Below, piece after piece: positions 36,781 through 48,648 of a stretch of DNA of 48,648 nucleotides. A program made the translations under genes and the position numbers. The notes beneath the pieces were generated by a model. It had not been told where the DNA came from and made no database searches. It saw nothing but the letters and a program-made list of their open reading frames with translations. Position 1 is the first letter of the stretch, and each line of letters begins with the position of its first letter. Source of the stretch: Octopus bimaculoides (Eukaryota); NCBI RefSeq assembly GCF_001194135.2, contig NC_068981.1, positions 93,903,013 through 93,951,660 of the forward strand, given 5' to 3'.

Positions 36781-37227
36781 GTATCTGTCTGTCTGCCTGT
36801 TGCTGGCCTGTCGATTCTTTGGCTACTGACAGCTAATACCATGACTGGCCGGAGCGAGCTATATGTCTGTCTCTCTCTCTCTCTATCTATCTATTACTCG
36901 AAATTTCGCGCGTCCGCGCTAGCTAGTCGTGAGTAGAAAACATAAATTTAATATAAAAACATATTTCCTGAAATTGCAAATTATTTAAAATATAAAAATA
37001 TAATTTTCAACAGAGAATTTATCAAAATAGAAAACAAATGAAGTTTGAAGTTTAAAAATAATAGGATCGACCACTCACGACTAGCTAGCGCGGACGCGCG
37101 AACTTTCGAGTAATAGATAGATAGATAGAGAGACAGACAGACAGACATATAGCTCGCTCCGGCCAGTCATGGTATTAGCTGTCAGTAGCCAAAGAATCAA
37201 CAGGCATACAGGCAGACAGAGAGATAC
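36781..37227. repeat. CpG-rich inverted repeat in intron 2 (arms ~155 bp, AT-rich spacer ~138 bp)
   Basis: 36781-36934 is the near-perfect reverse complement of 37073-37227. Confidence 0.9.
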
Positions 37228-38905
37228 TTCACTAGCAGTGAGCACTTTCACTTCTGACAGCTAATAGCTTGATCTACTTGCCAGCTGACAAGAAAGTATC
37301 TAAACGTTGTCGTTGGACCTGCGAGAAATAGCAGGCAATTTCCCTTTCAAATCACACTCAACTGTCTTAAAATAAACGGAAAGACACATTGGGTAATGTT
37401 GTCCTAGATACACTGTGTCTGAAGAAAAACAAATGTTAGGATGCTTTTCATGAAATACCTTTTTGATGAAAGATCACAAAAATACGAGTCAATATGGTCA
37501 TGGCTGGAACGCCTCTCAGAACTGATCCAGGGTTAGCACTAGCTTACATAGGGATTTTTTTATTTTTTTATTTTATCTGCCCAGAGAAATCCTTACACCA
37601 GTCACGAACAAACTGCATCTCTCAGGACTTTCAAAATGGCATACCTAAGCTTGTTCAATACAGTTGTACATCCTATTAGAATTAGCAACTAAATCTAATT
37701 GTGTTGGACGGTTTGACTAGAGCTGGTATGCCCGCGGGCCACACCAAGCGCCATTGTTCTAGCATGGATTCTACAACCGGATGCCCTTCCTGATGTCAAC
37801 CATTCCACAGAGTGTACTGGGCGCTTTTTCTATGTCACCAGCACTAGTCTAAATTCTGCTGTGGTTTCAGGCAGCATTCGGGCTGGCTCCTGTGGAGGGC
37901 ACCTTTGAGGCCTTCACGATCCATTTTCCATGTTTCTATTTTTTTTTTTTTTTCATTTTATTCTGACGATGAAAGTTTGCGACACTTTCACAAAGTTATA
38001 TGTGCTTCCAAACTCACTGCAGTAATTAATTCACTTCATACTTTTAGACTTGAACCTCCATTCGTACTAAGCAAGTGAAATGTATGACTATCACAACTAT
38101 CATAATGTTTCCATCACTTCACCATTTCCGAAAAAATATTAAAATGGGATTGAGATAAAATGAATAGGATCCATTTCATCTCAATCTCATTCTATCTTCT
38201 GTTACAAATTTTTAGTGGGATACTGTAACTGGAACAAGAAGATTTTAGTTTTCCACCTAGACATAAGTTTCATAAACTGCAAAATATTAATATCCACACT
38301 ACCACACCTGAAACATACCTGCTGTAACTCTTTATCTCGATTTGAATGTACGTGAAGGTATTTAAGAATACTCAAATTTATTTCTGCAAATGTGTTAAGC
38401 ACCAATGCTGATCATAGTTTAATTAATAAACATAGGAGCGAGGTAAATGCAGTAAAAATAGGAGGTCAGTGGGGCCCATTTAAGCTGCCCTTCAGAAATT
38501 GAACCTCCTTATGATACTCCCTGGGAGTTCATGGTATGAAATCCATTGTCATTGCTCCAATTTGGTTGCCAATGCTATGTATTTAGTTTTAAATGCAGTA
38601 AAAATAGTGGGGGGTGGGTTAGTAGAGCCCCAACTAGGCGGCCCTTAAAAAAATAGATCCCCTTAGGACATTCCCTGGGATTAGGGAAGTTGTTAGTTTG
38701 AGTTTTGTTGTCTTTGCACCAACAGTCTAGGAGGAGTTAACAAGCATAAAAACGTAACGGACAGAAACACCACTCAAATTTCTTTAAATAAATATATATA
38801 TATATACACAGATATAGCGTAAAATTAATAATTAATAATTTTACCAAGTAGTTTGGTATGTTAAAAGAACCATTATTGGTAAACTTATACAGAAGTTTTA
38901 TAATT

Positions 38906-39759
38906 ATAAGCATAATTATAATTCAGGTTCAGCAAAAATTGCTTCACTACATACCGAAATTTAGAAATACCAGTTAAAACACTATTCCACTACCATAATA
39001 TAACTCCCAGATTCACATAAGCAAAGAGAAAAAATAACAAATCCACCCGGCTTTGATTAACTGTGTACGCATTTCAGGATTAAAGAGATGTAAAAATATA
39101 TTACTCACTCACTTCTATCATCAGCACAGTATTTCAAATTATAAATCCGTGAATGCTAATTATTAAGAATATGCATTTAACCAAGCGCCATCGAACATTA
39201 TTTATACTTGTATAGATTGTAATATTCACAGATGGCATAAGTTGAGCAGTTTGATGGGATCTGTGAGCCAGAAGACTGTGAGTTTCATTGTCTTTGGTAT
39301 AGCTTCTACTGCTAGATGTCCTTCCAAATCACTTTACAGAGTGTACTAAGTGCTTTTTTTTTTTCAGTATTTCAAATTATAAATCAGAAAATGCAATTAA
39401 GAATATTCTTACAATATTTACAATATTCTTACTATTAAGAATATGCATTCGACCAAGCCCCATGGTGCTTGGTCGAATGTATATTCTTAATAATTAGCAT
39501 TCTCGGATTTATAATTTGAAATACTGTGCTGATGATAGAGGTGAGTAATATATTTTTACATCTCTTTAATCCTGAAACACGTACACAGTTAATCAAAGCT
39601 GGGTGGATTCGTTATTTTTTCCTCTTTGCCTATGTAAGTTGCGAGTGCTGCTGTCTGGGAGTTATATTATGGTAGCAGAATAGTGTTTTAACTGCTATTT
39701 CTAAATTTCGGTATGTGGTGAAGCAATTTTTGCTGAACCCTAATTATAATTATGCTTAT
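38906..39759. repeat. Inverted repeat with HHR-like motifs in both arms (probably PLE-terminus derived)
   Basis: 38906-39186 matches the reverse complement of 39467-39759. CUGAUGA...GAAA.cg.UA with acugug/cacagu stem I occurs at 39060-39130 (-) and 39523-39589 (+). Confidence 0.8.
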
Positions 39760-40324
39760 GTATATATATATATATATCCCTATAACTAAAACACAAAAAA
39801 TCTCTCAAATATCANNNNNNNNNNNNNNNNNNNNNNNNNNNNNNNNNNNNNNNNNNNNNNNNNNNNNNNNNNNNNNNNNNNNNNNNNNNNNNNNNNNNNN
39901 NNNNNNNNNNNNNNNNNNNNNNNNNNNNNNNNNNNNNNNNNNNNNNNNNNNNNNNNNNNNNNNNNNNNNNNNNNNNNNNNNNNNNNNNNNNNNNNNNNNN
40001 NNNNNNNNNNNNNNNNNNNNNNNNNNNNNNNNNNNNNNNNNNNNNNNNNNNNNNNNNNNNNNNNNNNNNNNNNNNNNNNNNNNNNNNNNNNNNNNNNNNN
40101 NNNNNNNNNNNNNNNNNNNNNNNNNNNNNNNNNNNNNNNNNNNNNNNNNNNNNNNNNNNNNNNNNNNNNNNNNNNNNNNNNNNNNNNNNNNNNNNNNNNN
40201 NNNNNNNNNNNNNNNNNNNNNNNNNNNATATTTAATCCTTTATATTGAACATTCAATATTTCATCTATTCAATAAGACATATTCCATATATTCAATAAGA
40301 CATTCAATACTTTATTTCATTGTA

Positions 40325-40490
40325 CCACTCTCTGAGTGGTTGGCGTTAGGAAGGGCATCCAGCTGTAGAAACTCTGCCAAATCAGACTGGAGCCTGGTGT
40401 TGCCATCCGGTTTCACCAGTCCTCAGTCAAATCGTCCAACCCATGCTAGCATGGAAAGCGGACGTTAAACGATGATGATGATGATGATGA
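40325..40490 (+). mobile_element. SINE family E 3' part with (GAT)n tail
   Basis: gttggcgttaggaagggcatccagctgtagaaac...ggacgttaaacgatgatgat. Near-identical to copies at 46340-46503 and 48373-48540. Confidence 0.8.
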
Positions 40491-40659
40491 TTGTATATTC
40501 CATATTCTATATCCCACATTGGTTTTGCAGGAATATAAATAAAACATAAAAAACAGAAGGGATCGTGAGCCAGAGGTCTGAGTTTCATTGTACTCCTCAG
40601 CTGCATAATGGAATTTCATTTTAGAAAGTCATTTTGTAGATATGTGCAAAAACAAGAGT

Positions 40660-41760
40660 AGGAGAAGAAGAAGAAAATACCATCTTGACTGGGCTGCCAA
40701 TCAACAGTCTAGTGAATCAAACAAGAATTTAATTTCTATATATTCTAATTGGAGGGGTAAGATAGCAGTAATTTCATTTTAGAGGAAGGTAGATTAAGTA
40801 GTAATGGACAGCAGGTTAGGGGTAAATCAAGCAAGAGAAAGAAAAAAAAGAAGAAAAAAAAAGATAAGAAAAAAGGAAAAAATATATATAGAAATAAAAT
40901 GAAAATGGAAGGACAATACCCTAAGGAGTGGCTAGAGGAAATTTAAGGTAAGGGAATTTAGGTCAAGATATTGAAGAATTAAGAATATATCTATTCCTCA
41001 GTATATTTAGAATAATATAACAAAACACTAAAGTTCTAAATTTAAAACCATAGGGAACATTAATAGTTAAATTAGAACAAGACAAACATTTATAGTTAGA
41101 ATAAGATATGCATTAATGTGGGGTAGTAGAAGAGAGATATTATTTATAAGTAAAACCATAATATTAATGGCCAAAACCAGAACAAAGAGAAAGGAGGAGG
41201 AATAAAGTTAGAAAATCAGGACTAAACTAAGAGAATTAAAGCTAAGGTTTCAGAATTGATAATATGGTAGAAGAGACTTAGAATTAGCTAGAGAAATGTA
41301 GAATTAGCTAGAGAAATGTGGGTTGGGAAAGGTTAAAATGTATTCTAAATTTATACTTTAAAGCTATAACTCAAATAAAGTAGTTAATAGTCAGGGAAAC
41401 AAGAGGAATTAAAATAATATATTATTAGCAAGATTTACTTTTTAAAATATTTAAAGGTACGAGAGTAACAATATACACATAGAACCCTAAGGTCAGATCT
41501 ATTGTTAATTAGATTAGGATTATCTTTAAGTTTAAAAATTTCATAAATTTCCATAGAGCACAGTCCACATCCGTATCTACTATTTCTATAGGGTTGTGCT
41601 CTCTTGACGATTTCCCATTTAAGGTTAAAATCGATACCATTTTCTTTCAATTCCCAAATTTTATTAGATAATGATGTGCTATTGTTTAAGTCTAAACGAG
41701 GAAAAATGATTGTATAATCGCTGTTTAAGATTGATTTACCCTCTCTCATCACCTTGATTT
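40660..41760 (-). mobile_element. Penelope-like element 3' fragment in TPP1 intron 2, antisense to the gene
   Basis: STSLSNKIWELKENGIDFNLKWEIVKRAQPY...CGLCSMEIYEIFK...LINNRSDL is the PLE GIY-YIG C-terminus, followed by a pyrimidine-rich UTR. The left boundary is uncertain. Confidence 0.75.
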
Positions 41761-42342
41761 AAATAATCACACTCTCTTTCCTAATCTTCTTCAGTTATAA
41801 AAGACCCTTTAGTCTTGTAAGTTGCAAAGTGAACTCACTAATGGTAGTGCTATGAAAACACTCTATAAAGGGGTTGGCATTAAAAAAGAGTATCCAGTTG
41901 TAGAAATCATACCAAAACAGACACAGAAGGATGATGTGGACCTCCAACTCTTTGTATCCTGCCAAATTGTCCAACCCATACCAGCTTGGAAAGATGACAT
42001 TAAATGATGGTAAGAATGGCAACTCACCACTACGACCATCACAAAGACAGGATATTCACAGTTGGAATGCCTCTGACCATAGGTCTACTAGATGAGGACT
42101 GATGTGAGAGGCTAAACAGCAACAACAACATTTTATTTGCTGCTATATGTACTGAGCCATAAAATTCACATACTGTAACATTACAAATACTGGTTGGTAA
42201 ACTTAGTCATATACAAAGGTTACACACCTTTAATATATACCCAGTCAACTGCGACTCTGTATTTTAAAGAGTATGTTGAATCAAGTTGATTCTCATCTTT
42301 CGTTTTAATTCATTTCCCTTTTAAACATATATATTTATTTAG

Positions 42343-42430
42343 CCTTGAAGGTTTCCAACGGGAATGCTGGCAACGATCCCTTATAAAAGTCACTGATTGG
42401 AATATGTTACTAATGTTAATGGATACTAAA
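42343..42430 (+). CDS. ACD: TPP1/ACD-like, coding exon 3
   Basis: ttatttag|C+LEGFQRECWQRSLIKVTDWNMLLMLMDTK|gtgagt, phase 2 to 0 and in frame with exon 2. Confidence 0.7.
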
Positions 42431-44276
42431 GTGAGTACTTAGTATTATTTATATTTGTATAGATTGTAATATTCACAGATTGCAGTTCTCAAAATCATTT
42501 AATGTTCATCATCCATGCTGGCATGAGTTGAGCAGTTTGATGGGATCTGTGAGCCAGAAGACTGTGAGTTTCATTGTCTTTGATATAGCTTCTACTGCTA
42601 GATGTCCTTCCAAACCACTTTACAGAGTGTACTAAGTGCTTTTTTTTTCATGACAAAGAAGAAGACCCCTCAACTTGGGGTTTTAGTAGAGAGGGATATG
42701 ATTTTATGCTTATTGTTGAGAGATTATATAAGGGTGGGTGTGAGTAGCTTGAAAGAAGACTGATGTAGTTACAAGATATTTGAGTGTATTCTCAAGATAT
42801 AAAAGGTGAGTGTGAGAGATAACACAAACAAAGGATTGGGAAGTTCACTGGAGTGTGAGTGGAAAGTGACTGATGGTTATAGATAGAATGTTGAATGTAA
42901 TGAAAGGAACAAGGTTGAAGGTAAATATTAGTATGAGTGGTGGGGAGAAATAAGAGTGGCTAAGGAAGGAAGAAGTGATAAGTGGCAGTGCAGGAGATGA
43001 GGCCATTGATAGCAGATGTGAGAGTGTTGAGAATGATAGCAGATCATGATCCATATTGCTTATTCTAGACCCAGCAGATATTCTTGGATGTTCCACTTAT
43101 GACTTGACCATCTTGAACCACATTATTCAATTGTCCTACTTTTTTTCAAGACAGTGGAGCATGGTTTGATAGAGATTTGCGTATTTCTCCAGCAAGCTGA
43201 ACAACCACATAGAGGTTTCCTAACTGATTTTGAATGTGAAGCATTTGCAAAAGCTGGAAGGAAATGAGGCAAGCATACTCTGATAGGTGTGTAATATTAG
43301 TGTTCATGAACAACAAAGCACAAAGGAACTAAGTAAAAAGTATAAGAGGAAGCAGATGTAGTGTGCTGAGAGAAGATTGCACTAATAAAGATGATGACAG
43401 TTGTGTAAAGTGCTAAGCAGTCTGATTGGAAGCAACATGTGGAAGTGGAAGTGAAAGCTAAAAATGCCAAAGATCTGCAGCAATAAATGGCAAAACACTG
43501 CAGTGAAGAAGACATTCATAGCAAGCTTGTAAAAACAAATGCAAAATGATGATGATGATATTGAGTTACAATCTACTCCATAGTGTTGCAATGATATTGT
43601 AATACTTAAGCAGTCATTTTCTTCTGGTGGACTCTGTCATTCAATGATTGTGTAGCATATTAAGTGACCAATATAAGACATGATAATACTTCAAATATAG
43701 AAAGGGTGTGATGGGGGTGGTCAAAACAGTAGAGAATGAAACTAAATACTTTTCCGTATTTAGTTTTATATCTTGTTCTGACTATATTTGACTTTTTATC
43801 TTTTGATGCTGTGTACTAATAATGTTCTGGGGCCTATACAATTTACAATATTCTTTCATCTAAAAAAATTTGGGCTTGTGGAAAATAAAAAAAAGTATCA
43901 GTCCTGCCACCACCATTTGACAACTGGTGTTGGTGTGGTTGCATCCTTGTAACTTAGCAGTTCAGCCAAAGAGACTTAGAATAAGTATCAGGCTTTAAAA
44001 CAAAAAGTACTGGAGTCAATTCATTCAACTAAAATATCAAGGCGGTGCCCCAGCATGACCACAGTCTAATGACTGAAGCATTTTCATGTTTGTTGTAAAC
44101 ATCCATGCTTGTTTTTAGGCTTTTAGCTAGCCCTCGTTTGATACGTTCTGAATAATAAAAAGCTTTCCTGTCATAAGTTCCAAGTTACTTTGGTGGCTGA
44201 ATAAAAAAACTGGGACTATACATCATGTGATGCATGGACAATAGGGAAATATGTCCTGTGTATCACTTGACTGGAG

Positions 44277-44657
44277 TGGAGGCGCAATGGCCCAGTGGTT
44301 AGGGCAGCGGACTCGCGGTAATAGGATCGCGGTTTCGATTCCCAGACCAGGCGTTGTGGGTGTTTATTGAGCGAAAACACCTAAAGCTCCACGAGGCTCC
44401 GACATGGGATGGTGGCGAACCCTGCTGTACTCTTCCACCACAACTTTCTCTCACTCTATCTTCCTGTTTCTGTTGTACCTGTATTTCAAAGGGTCAGCCT
44501 TGTCACACTGTGTCATGCTGAATATCCCCGAGAACTATGTTAAGGGTACACGTGTCTGTGGAGTGCTCAGCCACTTGCACGTTAATTTCACGAGCAGGCT
44601 GTTCCGTTGATTGGATCAACTGGAAGCCTCGACGTTGTAAGCGACGGAGTGCCAACA
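44277..44657 (+). mobile_element. tRNA-derived SINE, family B
   Basis: A-box (tggcccagtgg) and B-box-like (ggtttcgattccc) head. An inverted homolog lies at 13563-13939. Confidence 0.85.
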
Positions 44658-44799
44658 CATCACTTGACTGGCAAAGATTAAATCTAAAAGGAATTACTAT
44701 GTGAAATGTGTAAGCAATATAGTTTGAATTATATGACAACTTGTAAAGTTTTGCTTCAGCAGTTAGCAATGTTAATTCTTTCTTTTTTCTCTTTATTAG

Positions 44800-44888
44800 G
44801 AGAAATCAGATTATGGGATCACAATAAAAGCTTTTGATGTTTGGAACAATGAAGAAGGGCTCTCGCATAAAAAAAGGCAGACGCCATG
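44800..44888 (+). CDS. ACD: TPP1/ACD-like, coding exon 4 (gene continues; next exon not resolved)
   Basis: Long polypyrimidine tract ending ttattag|EKSDYGITIKAFDVWNNEEGLSHKKRQTP+TG|gtaaat, phase 0 to 2. Aligns with TPP1 AEFYLQVDRFSLLPTEQ. Confidence 0.7.
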
Positions 44889-45589
44889 GTAAATCAATAA
44901 CTTCCTTTCAAGATTTTCAAATACAAAATATTGTACATAAGAATTTAACTAATATCTACTGCCCTGCAGTTATCAGCCATTTATTTCTACTTGTTGAATA
45001 TAGTATTCAGTGCAGAGACCATTGAAAAGATAACTGAAGATAATCTGTTGAGAGTGGTGGGGATATTAGTCAATGATTGATAACATTTTAACATTTTAAT
45101 TTTAATTACTTTAGGAAATATGGGAGGCAACTCAAGACATGTTTCATTCTTATTAAAGTCTCATTGGAAAGCATGGATGTTGCTGTACTTTCTGAAGTAG
45201 TGAGGGGAGAATCATAAAGTAAAAGCTTGTATGCTGGTTAGTGTAAAGAATAAATAATAGAGATGTGATCCTCGTGAAAAAACAGTGTTTAAGTTAGTGG
45301 TAACATATTTAATGTACCCTTAAAAAGGTAACTAAAAATAAAATAATTGTGCAATAAGGAGGAAAAACTTTAGTTAATAATCGATATATTCTTGAAAATT
45401 CTTTGTAATATTTTGATGGAGTAAACATTTCAATTATTAGTTTACATTCACCTTCGACATTTCAACTTTGTTAAAAGCTACATGTAAGGTCACAATAGTA
45501 ATGGCAAAATGTATTACAAATTAATCAGTTGCACTTGTAAGGAAATTGCCAATGAATGCTGATTGAGCCTTACTTAATATATACACTCT

Positions 45590-45716
45590 ACCAGATATGT
45601 TCAACCAATCTCTTTTGCTGAACTGCTAAGTTATGGGGACACAAACACACCCACATCGGTTGTCAAGCGATGGGAGGGGGACAAACTGACACAAGGACAC
45701 ACGAACATTTATACAT

Positions 45717-45748
<32 letters not shown>

Positions 45749-45935
45749 TTGTGTGTGTGTGTGTGTGTATATATATATGTGACGGGCTTCTTACAGTTTC
45801 TGTCTACCAAATCCACTCACAAGACTTTGATTGACCTGAGGCTATAGTAGAAGGCACTTGGCCGGGGTGCCACACACTGGGACTGAAACTGGAACCATGT
45901 GGTTGGAGAGCGGGCTTCTTACCACACAGCCACTT
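45590..45935 (-). mobile_element. Family A SINE with internal microsatellite
   Basis: Same head-microsatellite-tail layout as 23570-23970. Confidence 0.75.
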
Positions 45936-45974
45936 CTTTATATATATTGAGTAAATTGGACACTAAACTCCACT

Positions 45975-46503
45975 TGCTAAGACCTGTTGAGGCAAGTGAA
46001 ATCGAAATCGAGTTAAATTCGACGACTGGCACCCATGCCAATGTCATCTCCTTCATTGGANNNNNNNNNNCGAGTTAAATTCGACGACTGGCACCCATGC
46101 CAATGTCATCTCCTTCATTGGACATGAAACTCAGCTTGCGAAGACTTATTGGGGCAAGCGAAAGCGAAATCGTGATGTCACTTGTGCCCATGGCATGTGT
46201 AAGGACTTTCGAGAGAGATCGTTGCCAGTTCCCCTGGACTGGCTCTTGTGCAGGTGGCACATAAAATACACCATTTTGAGCATGGCCGTTGCCAGTACCG
46301 CCTGACTGGCCTTCGTGCCGGTGGCACGTAAAAGCACCCACTACACTCTCTGAGTGGTTGGCGTTAGGAAGGGCATCCAGCTGTAGAAACTCTGCCAAAT
46401 CAGATTGGAGCCTGGTATAGCCATCCGGTTTCACCAGTCCTTAGTCAAATCGTCCAACCCATGCTAGAATGGAAAGCGGACGTTAAACGATGATGATGAT
46501 GAT
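45975..46503 (+). mobile_element. SINE family E, long copy
   Basis: Reverse complement of 47789-48283, with a (GAT)n tail. Confidence 0.8.
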
Positions 46504-47788
46504 AGCAAGGAGACAAACCAGGAACCCTACAATATATGAGGAATATCTTACATAGAATCATGTTGAAACTCCCTAACATGTACTATATCCCTGGTTTAGA
46601 ATTAAAAATGAAGATACAGTAGACATCAGTGTGCAGGTGGTAGAGCTACAACATAATTATATTCTAATAACTAACTAAAAAGTGAAGATATAAATCATTA
46701 TGCATCATCATCATCGTTAAAGCTGCTTATTTATTAGTTTGGAGTATGTAACTTTTACTAAAAGAATGCAGTTATTAAAGTCTGCACTTTCTAGAAAATT
46801 CTAATTTTAATATATTTTTATCAAAGTGTAGTTTTAGCTTCCTTTTATTATTAAAAATTTCAACTATAGAAAACTAATTTTAATTCATTGCAAGATAGCA
46901 TTTTTTAACACTGATTTCATTCCATCTTTGTCTTCTCTCTCTCTCTCTCTCTCCCTCTCTCTCCACCTCTCTCTCTCCACCTCTCCCTCTTTTTCTCTCT
47001 CACCAGCACTGATACCATTTCTGCTGTGGCAGATGGGTCTTCTTTAGTACAGCAATGCACCAGATATCTCAATATTTAGTCATCTCCTTCATAAGGCTCA
47101 GTTTTCAATAGTTCATCCCATGTTTTCCTGGGTCCCTCTCTCCCACATGTTCCATCCACTTTAAATGATCCAGCACTTCTGAAAAATTACACAAACATGT
47201 CTTGAGTTGCCTTCCTTTTGGAATTTAAATCTTTTTTTTTTTTTTACTTCTTTTAGTTATTAGACTATGGCCATGCTAGGGCACCACCTTAAAGAATTTT
47301 AGCCAAACGAATTGACCTCGGTACTTTTTTTTTCTCTTTTTAAGACTGGTACTTATTCTATCAGTCTCTTTTGCCAAACTGCTAAGTTACACGGACTTAA
47401 GCACACCAACACCAAGCTGTCAAGTAGTGGTGGGGTACAAACAGACACAAAGACACACACACACATAGATATATGTATATAACAAGCTTCTTTCAGTTTC
47501 CATTTCCCAAATTCACTACCAATACTTTGGTCAGCCCAAACTATGTAGTTGGGAAACAAACTTCTTACCACACAACCTATATGAGTATTTTTTAATAAAA
47601 TGAAATTTTCCAGAGATGCCAACATAATTTGAAAAGGAAATATCAGTGGTAGATTTGTTGGTATGGCTGTTTCATGTGCTGTAGACCTTTGATTATAACC
47701 CTTTTGATTCCTTCTATTTCCATCATTCTAAATAACCATACAGAGGCTACTTTTTGAGTTTGTTTAAAAGAAAGAGATTAAGACTGCA

Positions 47789-48283
47789 ATCATCATCATC
47801 ATCATCATCATTTTACGTCCGCTTTCCATGCTAGCATGGGTTGGACGATTTGACTGAGGACTGGTGGAACCCGAAGGCTACACCAGGCTCCAATCTGATT
47901 TGGCAGAGTTTCTACGGCTGGATGCCCTTCCTAATGCCAACCACTCCGAGAGTGTAGTGGGTGCTTTTACGTGTCACCGGCACAAAGGCCAGTCAGGCGA
48001 TACTGGCAACGGCCACGCTCAAAATGGTGTATTTTATATGCCACCTGCACAAGAGCCAGTCCAGGGGCACTGGCAACGATCTCGCTCGAAAGTCTTACAT
48101 ATGCCACAGGCACAAGTGCCAGAAAGGCGACGCTGGGCACAGGTGCCATCCCGAATTCGCTTGCCCCAATAAGTCTTTGCAAGCTGAGTTTCATGTCCAA
48201 TGAAGGAGACGACGTTGGCATGGGTGCCAGTCGTCGAATTTAGTTCGGTTTCTATTTCACTTGCCTCAACAGGTCTTCGCAAT
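47789..48283 (-). mobile_element. SINE family E, long copy
   Basis: (CAT)n followed by ttttacgtccgctttccatgctagcatgggttggacg, matching 45975-46503 in inverted orientation. Confidence 0.8.
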
Positions 48284-48372
48284 AAAATAATGACAGAAAT
48301 ATTTAGTGAGCAAATAAAAGATACAAAGGAAAATTAGACATAACATATCAGAAAAGTTATACAGACTAGGAA

Positions 48373-48648
48373 TCATCATCATCATCATCATCGTTTAACG
48401 TCCGCTTTCCATGCTAGCATGGGTTGGACGATTTGACTGAGGACTGGTGAAACCGGATGGCAACACCAGGCTCCAATCTAATTTGGCAGAGTTTCTACAG
48501 CTGGATGCCCTTCCTAACGCCAACCACTCAGAGAGTGTAGTGGGTGCTTTTACGTGTCACCCACACGAAAACGGCCACGCTCGAAATGGTGTCTTTTATG
48601 TGCCACCCGCACAAGCCAGTCCAGAGGCACTGGCAACGATCTCGCTCG
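48373..48648 (-). mobile_element. SINE family E, runs off the window end
   Basis: Same sequence as the previous copy. Confidence 0.8.

Noticed and set aside
38195-38350. Alternative TPP1 exon candidate (GYCNWNKKILVFHLDISF...)
   Set aside because: Its phase is incompatible with the exon 2 donor. The exons at 42343 and 44800 fit in phase and align better.
41822-42007. 61-aa ORF MQSELTNG...
   Set aside because: It is a degenerate family E SINE tail (gtccaacccataccagcttggaaag).
45013-45240. Candidate TPP1 exon 5 acceptors (tattcag|, actttag|)
   Set aside because: Phase-2 reading is open only briefly and there is no convincing donor or similarity, so it is left unresolved.

Overview
AT-rich, repeat-dense animal genomic DNA with N gaps and many microsatellites. 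The SINE families and sequence style suggest an octopus or other cephalopod (inference). Almost all ORFs in the supplied track are microsatellite or transposon noise. One real gene is missed by the track: four short in-phase + strand exons (36061-36156, 36625-36722, 42343-42430, 44800-44888) splice into an OB-fold resembling the shelterin/telomerase-recruitment protein TPP1/ACD (Est3 family), and the gene continues downstream. The rest is decayed mobile DNA: Penelope-like elements (PLEs), a Buster-type hAT, mariner/maT remnants, a non-autonomous Helitron, Tx1/L1, CR1, RTE and RLE-type LINE fragments, several tRNA-derived SINE families, and about 5 kb of degenerate telomere-like TAACCC sequence. 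The most unusual signal is a set of type I hammerhead ribozyme (HHR) motifs. These are an intact HHR in a ~318-nt tandem repeat (550-597), an intact HHR at a PLE 3' end (1279-1367), three decayed HHRs in a related ~330-nt tandem array (8040-9125), and HHR-like motifs in both arms of an inverted repeat in TPP1 intron 2. Together they look like a PLE plus non-LTR retrozyme system. Several local fold-back duplications cluster around the TPP1 gene. All assignments are by eye; no database searches were run and repeat boundaries are approximate.
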